IMG/VR virus record: IMGVR_UViG_3300020576_001287
Location: 16,489-80,488 of that record
From: a virus
Lineage: Duplodnaviria; Caudoviricetes
Direction: 5' to 3' (one strand)
DNA: 64,000 nucleotides
The position numbers and the translations under genes were made by a program. Positions within the stretch are counted from its first letter, which is position 1. Each line of letters begins with the position of its first letter. Positions 9,892-20,336 of the stretch are shown here, piece by piece. A model generated the notes under the pieces. It was not told the DNA's origin, searched no databases, and worked only from the letters and a program-made list of their open reading frames with translations.

Positions 9892-11441
9892 TGGCAAAGT
9901 CTCCGGTAATATCCGTTATACTTGGTAATGCTGACAATGCTTTAGACATATCCGGCATGGTGGATAGTCTAAGCTACAGCCGGAGCATCTATAGGGATGA
10001 CACTGTAGAGGTGGAGATTAAAAACATCTTTGTAGACTACTTGCTAGAGCAGCCTGCTTGTAACGCTGGGCAACCTATCACTTTCTCATACGGCTTCATA
10101 GGAGAGACACTAAGTCCAAGCACAACACTTATACTAGCTGATATAGAGCCTGTGTATACCGGTGGGGGTACTAGGCTGCGTTTAAGTAATGTAGACGTTT
10201 CACAAGCCATGCGTAAACTACATAGTAGCAGGGTGTGGAAGAATATGCGGCATGATGAGATAATAGAGGAGCTGGCTAGATTGCATGGTATACCATCTGA
10301 CATACAGCAGGTTTTAATAGACCCGAAAAGTCAGGAGGTTAATTTGAAGTATAGTGATAATCCAAACTCAGATAGTACCACCTTTGCCGGTACCATAACA
10401 ACAGAGACTCAGACAGACCCAACAAGGTTGGCCCAATATAAGGCGATACAAAATATAGCTATAGGCGGTGGTAAAACGGTACCGTACAAAAAGTTATCTA
10501 GCCTACCGCAAGGGTGGCGTAATAACCAGCAGATGTTTCAGGACATTGCGGCTATGCTCCCTGATGGTATGATGACATACGTTACAAGAGGTACGATATA
10601 CTGTAGGCAGAAGAATACTGGGGATCGTAGCGTAGCAGTGTTTTCAAGGGGTGGAGAAGATGTTTTAAAGTTTGCTCCCAAATATAAAGAGATTGGGGGC
10701 AAGGGTAGTCAAAAGGGAGTTAGCACAGCAGCCGGAACAGAGAAGTTTGATCCTGAAACTACTGAGACATACATAACGCTTGGAGACTACCATCTAGTAG
10801 CTTCAGACAGCCAAATATTTGAGGTGGATGGGGAGGGTAATAGAAGGTTACTGAAGCCATATAGTGATATGACACAAGCAGAGTCCAGTACTGATACTGA
10901 TACCGGTTTAGACCAAACTTTATACAAAGCTCTTAGCTCCGCACATAAAACCAATGTATCCTTAGATGACTTGAAATTGTTTTTAATGGGTAAACCTATG
11001 AATGAGTCTGTAAGGAAAGACCTCATAGAAACAACAGCATGGGCACAGGAGGGGGTAGTACAAAGCAAAGAGGAGATATTAACTGCGGAATTGGTGATTA
11101 TAGGTAACGTAAACATGGATATAAATACCACAGTCACTATTAGCGGTTTTGCAACTAGGTTTACCGGTAACTGGTATGTGCGTGATGTTAATGACGATAT
11201 AGATGACAGCGGGTTTATAACCAGCTTATACCTGGTTAAGGGAGAAGTTAAAAAAGGTATAGTACCAACTACAAATAAAAATACAGTGTCAGGGTCGGAT
11301 ACGCAGCGTAAGCGTAGCGTAGGGGTACAAGGCTGGGATAACAAGAGTGGGTTTAATATAAACGCCCCAGGATCAAATGTACCTGTTGATAACAAGACCC
11401 CAGCACCTGTAGATAAGAGCATTAAAATAACCACCAGATGA
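9891..11441 (+). CDS. Baseplate hub (P2 gpD / Mu gp44-like)
   Basis: C-terminal IIGNVNMDINTTVTISGFATRFTGNWYVRDV...GFITSL motif; synteny. Confidence 0.8.
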   Translation: MAKSPVISVILGNADNALDISGMVDSLSYSRSIYRDDTVEVEIKNIFVDYLLEQPACNAGQPITFSYGFIGETLSPSTTLILADIEPVYTGGGTRLRLSNVDVSQAMRKLHSSRVWKNMRHDEIIEELARLHGIPSDIQQVLIDPKSQEVNLKYSDNPNSDSTTFAGTITTETQTDPTRLAQYKAIQNIAIGGGKTVPYKKLSSLPQGWRNNQQMFQDIAAMLPDGMMTYVTRGTIYCRQKNTGDRSVAVFSRGGEDVLKFAPKYKEIGGKGSQKGVSTAAGTEKFDPETTETYITLGDYHLVASDSQIFEVDGEGNRRLLKPYSDMTQAESSTDTDTGLDQTLYKALSSAHKTNVSLDDLKLFLMGKPMNESVRKDLIETTAWAQEGVVQSKEEILTAELVIIGNVNMDINTTVTISGFATRFTGNWYVRDVNDDIDDSGFITSLYLVKGEVKKGIVPTTNKNTVSGSDTQRKRSVGVQGWDNKSGFNINAPGSNVPVDNKTPAPVDKSIKITTR

Positions 11442-12154
11442 GTTTAGCAGAACTACTACAGATACTGCGTAAAAGCGGATTAGACTACTTCAATAAGTAC
11501 TATGGTATTTATGGTGGGGAGGTTGCAGATAATAAAGACCCTGATAAGTGTGGAAGGGTTATACTGAAGGTACCGGCACTGTATGGTAGCGATACTCACG
11601 ACTATTGGGCTACTCCTCGTGGTATTCCAAATGGAGCTGGGGAGGGCATGTTTTGGGTTCCTAAAATAGGGGATAAGGTATGGGTAACATTTGAGAATGG
11701 GGATTGCAGGTTTCCGGTGTGGGAGCATGGGTATTGGGGCACAGCAAAGGAGCATGGTAATAATCCACTAGCTGCATTGTATGATGATGACGGTAGCCCT
11801 ACAAAAAGACAGTTAACAACCGGAGCCGGACAAACGTTGCTGTTTGACGATACCAATAAGCTAATACAGATACTTGACGTTACCGGAAATGCTGTGTACC
11901 TCAATGAAACAGGTATAAGCGTAGTTCCTAAAGACGGTAATAAGATAGCCTTGGGTACTTTGGATGGGGCTAAGTATAAGTCGGTACTTGGGGAGGAGCT
12001 TAAAAAGCTATTAGATGAGACACTTAATGCCATACAGTCTATGACTGTTATGACTATGGGAGGGGCCAGCAGTGTACCAATAAATGCTGCTAGCTTTGCC
12101 ACTATAGCAACTAAGTTAGATACCATGTTGTCACAAGTAAATACGTTAGAGTGA
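11438..12154 (+). CDS. Baseplate spike (gpV / gp5 / VgrG OB-fold)
   Basis: YYGIYGGEVADNKDPDKCGRVILKVP...WVPKIGDKVWVTFENGDCRFPVW. Confidence 0.9.
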   Translation: MSLAELLQILRKSGLDYFNKYYGIYGGEVADNKDPDKCGRVILKVPALYGSDTHDYWATPRGIPNGAGEGMFWVPKIGDKVWVTFENGDCRFPVWEHGYWGTAKEHGNNPLAALYDDDGSPTKRQLTTGAGQTLLFDDTNKLIQILDVTGNAVYLNETGISVVPKDGNKIALGTLDGAKYKSVLGEELKKLLDETLNAIQSMTVMTMGGASSVPINAASFATIATKLDTMLSQVNTLE

Positions 12155-12612
12155 TACCAGTAGCCACAGTTATACAAGATAAATTACAGCAGTATTTTGA
12201 TGCTTCGTACCCCACCTTTATAGGCTGGGGTACAACTGATTTAGAGATGTTGAACAGATGGGCAGATGTGATTGATTTTGTATTAGCTGGGGTGGTGCCG
12301 GTTAGCCTAACATCTGTTGCAGCTAGGGCAGCGTTCATAACTACGCTAACCCCAGGTATGGGAGCATTAGGAGCTTTTCAAGTAACTTTAGTTTCTGCTT
12401 TACAACAATACGCTATAGTATTAGCCGCTGGTATGTTACCAGCCTTTACAGGTATTCCCCCAGTGTTACCACCGGCTATAGTTTTTACAGGGTTGGTAAC
12501 TAGGTCAGCAGCTACCGAAATGGCAAACTTATCTGTAGTCTTATATACCTGGGCAGCATCGGGCACCGCAGCTACCCTACCTTCAGGTACTCCCATTGTA
12601 CCTTGGATTTGA
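12151..12612 (+). CDS. Hypothetical baseplate-region protein
   Basis: Translationally coupled ORF between spike and gp25-like genes. Confidence 0.55.
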   Translation: MIPVATVIQDKLQQYFDASYPTFIGWGTTDLEMLNRWADVIDFVLAGVVPVSLTSVAARAAFITTLTPGMGALGAFQVTLVSALQQYAIVLAAGMLPAFTGIPPVLPPAIVFTGLVTRSAATEMANLSVVLYTWAASGTAATLPSGTPIVPWI

Positions 12613-12650
12613 GTTAGCCTTAATGCCTTTTATTTTATTATCTTTGTTCC

Positions 12651-13040
12651 ATGTTTGAGAATTATACCTACTTGGGGGTGGCTATAACGTACCCTATAAC
12701 AGTTGCTAGAGGCAGAATAACAACCTCTTCAGGTATAGCTGTTGTAGAAAACTCCATAGCTAAAATACTTACTACACCTGTGGGTACAAGATACATGTGC
12801 CCAGAGTATGGGCATAAACTAGATGAAATACAATATGAGCCTAATGACGAGATACTAGTAAGGCAGTTGCGGTTTTACGTATTGGAGGCTTTGAGAACTT
12901 GGGAAAAAAGAGCAGAGTTTTTAGAGGTAAGAACCATTGTGGCTACTGATGCTGTTATTTGCATCATACAATACCGAATACTACAAAGTAACCAGGTTGA
13001 AGACTTCATTTGGCCTTACTATAAAACATTAAAGACATAA
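12651..13040 (+). CDS. Baseplate wedge protein, gp25/GPW-like
   Basis: ILTTPVGTRYMCPEYG...EALRTWEKR. Confidence 0.9.
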   Translation: MFENYTYLGVAITYPITVARGRITTSSGIAVVENSIAKILTTPVGTRYMCPEYGHKLDEIQYEPNDEILVRQLRFYVLEALRTWEKRAEFLEVRTIVATDAVICIIQYRILQSNQVEDFIWPYYKTLKT

Positions 13041-13044
13041 TTGT

Positions 13045-14727
13045 ATGGCAGGATTTATAAAGAATTTTTGGGCAAGATATTGGGACAGGTCTTACCAGCA
13101 GATAAAAGATTCAGTGCTTACCCGACTTGGGAGTAAAGTACCTGAGATCACAGACCACACGGAGAATAACCCATATGTGGCTGAGATAGACATATTTGCA
13201 GGTACGCACGAGCAGCTTGGGTACTACGTAGACAATGCTGGCAGGGAGAGCCATTTAGATTCTTGTAGGTTATACCGTAGCGGTGTGAGTGTTGCAAGAC
13301 TCATGGATTACAAAATACAAGGAAACATACCATACAGTGCTGACGTAGTATTTAGACTAAACAAAACAAATACCACAGGTTCCGACATTACCATACCGGC
13401 TATGCAGAGAGTTGCTACAGCCTCTGGTATAGAGTATGTAACCAAGATAGCCATTATACCAGATGGGGCCATTGAATCCCCTCTAACGGGAGCTACCCAA
13501 TACGTCAGAGTTACGGGGGTTAATATTGGGGTTTCTACAGGTACTGCTAACATGTTGGTTGTGTTCACCGAAAAGATAGTGCATGACAGCATAATACTAT
13601 ACGTAAATTCGTTGGCTTGGGGTAGCAGGGATACACTGGCGTATGAGTTGCCTACAGCAGAAGTATTTGTACAGACTGTAGACAAAGACGGCAATGTTAA
13701 CATATACACCGGTAACGGTACTTTGTATGGTAAGATACCACCCTCTGGGGAGGTTATGACGGCTGATTACAGGATTACGTTAGGCGCAGCCGGATTCGCA
13801 GATGCGGGGGAGATAAATACCATGCTAACTACCCCGTCTTTGCCACCTACATACACAGTATCTGTAGTTAACCCGTACAAGTCTACTGGTGTTTCTGACG
13901 TAGAATCACTAGCATCTATGAAAGAGCATATACCAATGTCTGTGCGTACATTGAACAGGGCCGTAACAGAGGATGATTATAAGGCAGTAGCTTCTATGTG
14001 TCCTGGTGTAGCTTTGGCAGGTGTTAAGTTTGCCTGTGGTAAAAAGGTATCTATATACATTGTGCCTGATGGTGGGGGTATTGCTTCATCGGTATTGGTG
14101 GATTCATGCCAAGAGTATGTAGATGCTCGTAAGATGATAACTACTATAGTAAAAGTGACTCCGGCAGGTGAGGTTAAATTTAAGTGGACGGTACATGTTA
14201 AAGCAGCTAATAACTATAGTAACTCTGTAGTACAGACAAACGTAGAGAACGCTCTGTTAGCTTTTATGAGTATGGCTAACCAAACTATTAACGGGTCTGT
14301 ATATCTTAGTGATGGGTTTCAGGCTATAGAGGGGGCTGCTGGGGTGGTTAATAGCACTATACCAATATTCACAGCCCAGCCTTACGCTAGGCCGTCAGAT
14401 ACTACTACACATACTTTGATATGGGACAGGGTAGTTAATAATACCTCTACCAGTACTATACATTGGCATATAGTGTTTACGGATTCTACACATTTTCAAC
14501 TGATTCGTAACGGGGTATTGCTGAGTAGCGGTAATACTGTAGGGAGTCCCTACACTGTTATGGAGATAGCTTTTACGGTTAATGCAGGTACCTACAGCAC
14601 TTCTGATGATTTTGAATTTGTAACATACCCGTATAATCCGGTAGCACAGTTTATCCAATTGGATGAACCGAGCTTACCGGCTTCCTCATTGTCTGATCTC
14701 ACCATAATAGTTACAGGAGGTATATAA
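13045..14727 (+). CDS. Baseplate J-like wedge protein
   Basis: RSYQQIKDS N-terminus; RAVTEDDYKAVASMCPGV motif. Confidence 0.9.
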   Translation: MAGFIKNFWARYWDRSYQQIKDSVLTRLGSKVPEITDHTENNPYVAEIDIFAGTHEQLGYYVDNAGRESHLDSCRLYRSGVSVARLMDYKIQGNIPYSADVVFRLNKTNTTGSDITIPAMQRVATASGIEYVTKIAIIPDGAIESPLTGATQYVRVTGVNIGVSTGTANMLVVFTEKIVHDSIILYVNSLAWGSRDTLAYELPTAEVFVQTVDKDGNVNIYTGNGTLYGKIPPSGEVMTADYRITLGAAGFADAGEINTMLTTPSLPPTYTVSVVNPYKSTGVSDVESLASMKEHIPMSVRTLNRAVTEDDYKAVASMCPGVALAGVKFACGKKVSIYIVPDGGGIASSVLVDSCQEYVDARKMITTIVKVTPAGEVKFKWTVHVKAANNYSNSVVQTNVENALLAFMSMANQTINGSVYLSDGFQAIEGAAGVVNSTIPIFTAQPYARPSDTTTHTLIWDRVVNNTSTSTIHWHIVFTDSTHFQLIRNGVLLSSGNTVGSPYTVMEIAFTVNAGTYSTSDDFEFVTYPYNPVAQFIQLDEPSLPASSLSDLTIIVTGGI

Positions 14728-15338
14728 TGTTTAGATTTACTGGGTATATATTTAATGAATTTTTTACGGCCTACGATAAGGTTAGTGATCCTAATAAAGA
14801 TGCTGACGGTAAGGGGACTGCGGAAAGATTTAATGAATGTATTGAGGAGGAGTTGGATGAGTACATGTTACCTTACATTGAGGACATGCAGAAAAACTTA
14901 TTGGAGCCAAACGATTGCTTTGATAGGTTTATACCACACTTGCAGAGCTTACTAGGTTTTGATTTATCCTGGGTGTGGTTCTTTGAATCCTCTCTAAGTG
15001 TGCAACGTAACTTGGTATCTATAATAATTAAAATGTACCAGATACGAGGCACTATACCAGCGCATGAAATAATGTTTGGTTGGCTGGGCTTGGAGATGGT
15101 AATGACAGAAGAGGTGCCTACAGATGGTACATGGGATGACGGGGGCACATGGGATGACGGGGGTACATGGGATGATTATTGCCAGCCATGTTCTGGGTAT
15201 GAGATAGAGTTGACCGGCCCAGAACTAACGTTAACAGAATTGGAAATTAAAGGAGTAGCTACCATTATAGCTTTTAATAAGCCCATAAACGCTACACTTA
15301 CATCTATAACATACAACGGGGATGCGTTGGAAATTTAA
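14727..15338 (+). CDS. Baseplate/tail protein (P2 gpI-like)
   Basis: FIPHLQSLLG...IIKMYQIRGT; follows the J-like gene. Confidence 0.75.
   Translation: MFRFTGYIFNEFFTAYDKVSDPNKDADGKGTAERFNECIEEELDEYMLPYIEDMQKNLLEPNDCFDRFIPHLQSLLGFDLSWVWFFESSLSVQRNLVSIIIKMYQIRGTIPAHEIMFGWLGLEMVMTEEVPTDGTWDDGGTWDDGGTWDDYCQPCSGYEIELTGPELTLTELEIKGVATIIAFNKPINATLTSITYNGDALEI
15126..15176 (+). repeat. 18-bp tandem coding repeat, about 3 units (GTWDDG)
   Basis: GG(T/C)ACATGGGATGACGGG repeated. Confidence 0.9.
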
Positions 15339-15343
15339 CAACT

Positions 15344-15880
15344 ATGAGCGTAATAAAGATGTACATGGTATACACATTTGCTATTTTGGAAAAAGGCACT
15401 TTACCTATGAAAGTAGGATCGTGCTTTTTGTTTGCTTTATCCATATCTCCGTTAGCCTGGTTAATAAAGTTAGTGCGGGAGCATGTTATACGGGACACAG
15501 GGTTTATAGAGGTGCTTTTAATATGCCTGCTGATGGATATGATTATAGGTATATGGAAGCACTTAAAACAACGCACGTTTGATTGGAAGCGGCTATATAC
15601 AGGGTTAATAGAAAAGGTTGGGATTACTTTTATAGGCATGGTAGTTTTCAACTTAATATCAGACATAAAGGAGTGGTCTCACCTCGTTACAGTAAAGGAG
15701 TACATAATACTGGTCGGCAAACTGACAAACTTATTCTATGTTGCAGGGTCTGCTTTCAACAGCATGTATATAATTACAGGTGGTAAGTTTCCACCGCTAG
15801 GCTGGATGAAGCGTATGCACTCCTTTGACGATAGCCTAAACCCAGAAGACTTAACAAAAGAAAATAATAACCAACACTAA
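15344..15880 (+). CDS. Holin-like membrane protein
   Basis: Several TM segments; LLMDMIIGIWKHLK...LYTGLIEK resembles phage holin family 4; charged C-terminus. Confidence 0.65.
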   Translation: MSVIKMYMVYTFAILEKGTLPMKVGSCFLFALSISPLAWLIKLVREHVIRDTGFIEVLLICLLMDMIIGIWKHLKQRTFDWKRLYTGLIEKVGITFIGMVVFNLISDIKEWSHLVTVKEYIILVGKLTNLFYVAGSAFNSMYIITGGKFPPLGWMKRMHSFDDSLNPEDLTKENNNQH

Positions 15881-15893
15881 AGTAACTTTAATT

Positions 15894-17552
15894 ATGGCAC
15901 AGCTCAGGTACACAAACTACAAAGACGATAAATCAAGTTTTAATAACAACATAAAGGATATAGGTATAGTACCTCACGGACTTTACAGGGGGTTTGACTA
16001 TGATGCTACTTCCTCCGGCACTACGCTAGTATTATCCCATACAGTTAATGGGTATTCCATTACTGAGATAGATGGTAGTGTAACATCTGATCTTGGGGTA
16101 GTGAGAACTAGGCAGGGGGTTATGGTCGTAGAGGATGCTGCGGTGTCTATAACGGGGCTTACGGATAATAGCCTAGAGAGTGATCCAAGAATAGACTTAA
16201 TTGTATTGGAGCATACGTATGTAGAGACTATAGGCGGTACTGCGGCAGGGTATACGCAGATAATAGGTACACCAGGTAGTAGCCCCGTAGCCCCAGCTCT
16301 GACTGATGATACAATACAGGTTATACTAGGTGAACTATATTGGCCTGCCGGTGCAGCATCTACAGATGATGTTGGGGTAGTATATACTAAAGCCCCCGCA
16401 CCGTTTTTTGTAGACTCTGATATATTTGTAACTAAAGCTGGGGTACAGGAGATAACAGGCCGTAAGAGAATACTACATCAAATAGGGGATATAGCTACTG
16501 CTACTTTAGACTTGGTAAGCGGTAGCATATACAACATTAAGGCTACTACCGATAGTAACATGTATAGTATTGCCAACGTAGGGCCGAACTATATTAATGT
16601 TATTGGGGTAGATGTTCCGTTTAGTGGTGATACCAATTACTTTAAAGTATACACACTACAAAAGCTACGTATTGTAGGTGGAGGGTCTGGGGCCATAGTT
16701 GTACCCAATAGTGTAATGCACATAGAGGCCGGAGAAACTTTTGAGCTGTGGGACGTAAGTGGGCAGTTTGGATACAGCTCCAATACTTACCTTGTTACCA
16801 AGGGTAATGCGGTTCTTAAAAATAGCCCTAATAAGCTGTTTGCAGCTATGATTGGTAACAAGGGTACGGGCACCTACGGGACTAACCTGGTTACCATACC
16901 CACAACAGGGGACTACATAGAGGTGGCTACCAATTTCACCACCATAGATACGGATGGGGGTATACTATACTTTAGCTCTACGGATTCTCTATGGGATGGG
17001 GTTAATACCGTAACCAAAGCGGGTAGGCAGCTTGTAGTTAAGATAACGGATAGCTCAGGCTTTGTTAACGGGCTACAGCTACGCAATACCGGAACAAGCA
17101 CCAGTACATACAAGAAGATAGAATTTGCAGATGGTGGGGGCATAAGAAGGGTAGGTAACGGAGCATCTGCGGTATACCTTAAACTGTTGGAGGAGACGGA
17201 TAAATTTATTGTATTGGAGTACTGGGTTAATGAGCAGTGGATAGCTTCAGGTATGACCCCAGACGGTGTTTCCCCTGTACAGTATAGCAGGCAGGGCAAC
17301 ACAGTATTTATACGGGGGGTTAGCTATGATGCAGCTCCTATTAGTGTAACTACCTCCGTGTTACTGTTCACGCTGCCTTTAGGCTATAACCCATCGGTAC
17401 CATTTAAGTACATTACCGCTGCTACGTATTCCGGCAGTCTTACACAGGCTATCATAGAAATAGATGGTTCCGGTAATGTAAGATTACGAGGAGATTTAGC
17501 GGTAGCTTCCAACAGTGGTGTATGGTTAACTATTAGCTTTAGTACGCACTAA
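15894..17552 (+). CDS. Tail fibre / baseplate-attached structural protein
   Basis: PRIDLIVL motif of baseplate-anchored fibres; C-terminal LLFTLPLGYNPS beta-domain. Confidence 0.7.
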   Translation: MAQLRYTNYKDDKSSFNNNIKDIGIVPHGLYRGFDYDATSSGTTLVLSHTVNGYSITEIDGSVTSDLGVVRTRQGVMVVEDAAVSITGLTDNSLESDPRIDLIVLEHTYVETIGGTAAGYTQIIGTPGSSPVAPALTDDTIQVILGELYWPAGAASTDDVGVVYTKAPAPFFVDSDIFVTKAGVQEITGRKRILHQIGDIATATLDLVSGSIYNIKATTDSNMYSIANVGPNYINVIGVDVPFSGDTNYFKVYTLQKLRIVGGGSGAIVVPNSVMHIEAGETFELWDVSGQFGYSSNTYLVTKGNAVLKNSPNKLFAAMIGNKGTGTYGTNLVTIPTTGDYIEVATNFTTIDTDGGILYFSSTDSLWDGVNTVTKAGRQLVVKITDSSGFVNGLQLRNTGTSTSTYKKIEFADGGGIRRVGNGASAVYLKLLEETDKFIVLEYWVNEQWIASGMTPDGVSPVQYSRQGNTVFIRGVSYDAAPISVTTSVLLFTLPLGYNPSVPFKYITAATYSGSLTQAIIEIDGSGNVRLRGDLAVASNSGVWLTISFSTH

Positions 17553-17611
17553 TAAATTCTGTCCTACTGTAAAATTTTTTTAGCTTATCTTTGTTGTATA
17601 AACTAATTTGT

Positions 17612-18202
17612 ATGACAGCGGTAATAATAGATAAGGCTATTAAGGATATACATAAATTGCCAGATAGTGTAGTTCTGGTTGGGTACGTAGCAGGCAGGGC
17701 AGTAGCCATCGATCCTGTTGATGGGGAGGATACAGAGCTTATACACTCTACTGAGGAGTTTGGATACATATGGGGGCATGGTATGTACTCAGGGGGTTGC
17801 AGGATGCTGGCTAGGGACATATTAATACATTTATGGTTAACGTATGAGGTAGCTGATTTTCTTTCAGCTACCTTATCTTTTTACGTACTTCAGTACTTTG
17901 CTGATAACTTCAAGGCCACAGTTAAGATAAAAGAATTATTTGTGGATGCGTTTGCGGAAAACATGAAACCTCTTACGCACTACTACACAGTACATGAAGA
18001 GTCTAATTTAGTGTATACAGAAATATCTGCCCCTACCGGTAGCGTACCAGCAGCTACCAGCAGGATACATGAGGTATCCAGTGCTACTAAGGTAGTAACT
18101 ACAGCGCATGGGTGGAGGCGGGTGCCGGATGGTAGCGAGACTCTTAGCGATGCGGAAATACAACGCATGGCAGCGGTTGAAAAATTGCTTAACGAATTAT
18201 AG
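17612..18202 (+). CDS. Hypothetical protein
   Basis: ORF after a TATCTTTG -7 box (17586-17593); the TTG start in the ORF track lies inside that box. Confidence 0.6.
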   Translation: MTAVIIDKAIKDIHKLPDSVVLVGYVAGRAVAIDPVDGEDTELIHSTEEFGYIWGHGMYSGGCRMLARDILIHLWLTYEVADFLSATLSFYVLQYFADNFKATVKIKELFVDAFAENMKPLTHYYTVHEESNLVYTEISAPTGSVPAATSRIHEVSSATKVVTTAHGWRRVPDGSETLSDAEIQRMAAVEKLLNEL

Positions 18203-18301
18203 GTACAGGTAAAACAACATACAGCAATGGGCATACGTAATCTATAAATATAGGTGTTTAAAAACGACTGCTATTAAAGTTACTTTTAACATCTGTATTA
18301 C

Positions 18302-19693
18302 ATGACAATTGAATTTCAAGAGAGTCTATTAAAGTACTTATTCCAAAACAAAGAAGCCAAGCAGTATAAAGATTACCTGGAACCAGGCTTATTCGATATA
18401 CCCACTTGTCAAACTGTTTATGACCTATGGTTTAAGTACGTGACACGGTTTAAGCAGGTACCAACTAAGACGTACTTTTTGGAGTATGTGGATAGGGCTA
18501 TAAAAAAATCTAAGGGGGCTGTTAGCCCTGAGCAGCATGACGAGATACTAACTGTAGTATCTGTTGTGTATATGCCGGATGCTCATGATATACTGTTTGT
18601 CAGGGAAGTAATCATAGAATTTGCAAAAAGGAAAAGGCTTAGAAACTGGACTTTACGCAACGCTGAGAAGATAAAAACAGCAGACTCTGAGGCTATAGAT
18701 GCCATGCTATCCGATGCTAACCAAATAGTACGCCTGGGTGAAGACACTAGCCAGACCACTAAGAACAGAGGTGGTTTCCTGTTTAGGGATGGGGCTAGAC
18801 TAACCCATGAGCATAAGCAAAAAGGGGCACCAACTTTTTTACATAGTCTTAATAGATTAACCTCCGCAAGGGGGTTTTATTCCCCTCAGCTAATAGGGGT
18901 TATGGGTGGCCCTAAAGCTTTCAAGACCGGTACAATATTAGCGATACTCATAGAGTACGCGAGGTGCGGTAAAAAGGTATTTATTGCAGATGCTGAGAAT
19001 GGTGTAGATAGTATGCAGAGCCGCATTAAGCAGGGGCTGTTAGGTTGCGAATACCAAGACATTCAGAAGTACCGTAGGGAGCTAAAAGAGATACTACGTA
19101 TACTCCGGTTATACGGGGGTGATGTGGTTGTAGAGTTCTTTCCGGCTCGTATATCTACTTTGGACAATGTGGATGCTGCACTAGATAGACTGTGGGAAGA
19201 AGAGAAGTGGAAGCCGGATATTATATTTTACGACTACCTGCAATTGTTTGCCTCGTCTAACAAGAAGATAGTAGAAAACACACAGCGTATTCAGGACGTA
19301 TACCATCATGCTATACGGCTAAATAACAAGTGGGGGGCTTTTGCGTTTACCGCCATACCTGTAACCCGTAGTGCTGTCAGCAAGCTACACGTAACCGCAG
19401 ACGATCTGGCTTCTGATTTTGGGCAGGCTTATAACTGTCATGCAGGGTTTGCCCTATGCAGAACACCGGAGGAAGTAACAGCGGGCAATGGTAGGCTAAT
19501 ACCAGTGTTTCAGCGTGAGGGTACAGCCTATAAATTTAATGCTGCTACTACATGTGCCTTACGCATAAAGGAGGCAGAGCAAACCATAGAGGAGCTGGAT
19601 GCAGAGGCGTATATGGAAGTGATGGAAGAGACCCATAAACCAAAGAAATTGAGAAAGCCATACGTGCCAAATCTTAATTTAAAAGACGAATAA
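18302..19693 (+). CDS. dnaB: Replicative DnaB-like helicase
   Basis: Walker A variant GGPKAFKT, DAENG, DIIFYDYLQL; next to primase. Confidence 0.8.
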   Translation: MTIEFQESLLKYLFQNKEAKQYKDYLEPGLFDIPTCQTVYDLWFKYVTRFKQVPTKTYFLEYVDRAIKKSKGAVSPEQHDEILTVVSVVYMPDAHDILFVREVIIEFAKRKRLRNWTLRNAEKIKTADSEAIDAMLSDANQIVRLGEDTSQTTKNRGGFLFRDGARLTHEHKQKGAPTFLHSLNRLTSARGFYSPQLIGVMGGPKAFKTGTILAILIEYARCGKKVFIADAENGVDSMQSRIKQGLLGCEYQDIQKYRRELKEILRILRLYGGDVVVEFFPARISTLDNVDAALDRLWEEEKWKPDIIFYDYLQLFASSNKKIVENTQRIQDVYHHAIRLNNKWGAFAFTAIPVTRSAVSKLHVTADDLASDFGQAYNCHAGFALCRTPEEVTAGNGRLIPVFQREGTAYKFNAATTCALRIKEAEQTIEELDAEAYMEVMEETHKPKKLRKPYVPNLNLKDE

Positions 19694-19699
19694 AATTCT

Positions 19700-19730
19700 G
19701 TTGTTTTGTAAAATTTTTTCTTTAGCTTTG
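19700..19730 (+). promoter_or_regulatory. Promoter GTTG-N19-TAGCTTTG
   Basis: Matches the Bacteroidota -33/-7 consensus. Confidence 0.7.
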
Positions 19731-19748
19731 TATCGTAAATATAACAGC

Positions 19749-20330
19749 ATGGCAGGTAAAAATAACCCGTTTGATAAAAGTTTTGCGGTGTATAAACCGA
19801 TAGCTCAGGTGGAAGTAAAGAAGCTTACCCCAGAGGAGAGAAAAGCGCAAAAGGCACTGGTAATAAACCTCAGAGATTTTATACTGGGAGAGTACCCAAA
19901 GCCGGAAAAAGTAGAGGGGGCTACACCCACTTCAAGTTACTTTAGGTGTACTATAAAGGACATGGGGTTACACCCTTTTGAAATTGATATTTACGATGCT
20001 CGTATCCTGCTTGTGGAAGTGCTTGACAAACAGGTAAAGGATGCAGATGGTAATATGGTTCCATTCAGGCGTTTTGTGAGCAGGCACTATAGTATAAACA
20101 CCGCCCTGGATTCCATTGCTACCATTACAGCAAAAAGAAAGCTGAACAAAATGGATAGCTCAGTAATAACCATGAGGGATTACCATGATGCTTATTACGG
20201 TATACAGAAGTACTTGGCTAAGGTTATTGCCCCTGAGTACGCTAAAGCCCTTGATAAGCTACAGGCAGCTCTGCCATTTACGCAAATATCTGTTAACGAG
20301 GATGACGAAGAAGATTGGTTTAAAAAGTAG
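19749..20330 (+). CDS. Hypothetical protein
   Basis: ORF; ATG downstream of the promoter. Confidence 0.65.
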   Translation: MAGKNNPFDKSFAVYKPIAQVEVKKLTPEERKAQKALVINLRDFILGEYPKPEKVEGATPTSSYFRCTIKDMGLHPFEIDIYDARILLVEVLDKQVKDADGNMVPFRRFVSRHYSINTALDSIATITAKRKLNKMDSSVITMRDYHDAYYGIQKYLAKVIAPEYAKALDKLQAALPFTQISVNEDDEEDWFKK

Positions 20331-20336
20331 ACAGCT

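Noticed and set aside
15126-15176. GTWDDG repeat as a diversity element
   Set aside because: Short Trp-Asp-Gly repeats are ordinary in gpI-like baseplate proteins; no reverse transcriptase or template repeat is seen.
250-17820. Many minus-strand ORFs antisense to the tail genes, and alternative-frame ORFs such as 14755, 15322 and 15583
   Set aside because: They are shadows of well-supported + strand genes, with no recognisable motifs or expression signals.
18243-18250. TATAAATA, the T4 late promoter motif
   Set aside because: Single occurrence in AT-rich DNA, upstream of a replication gene rather than structural genes.
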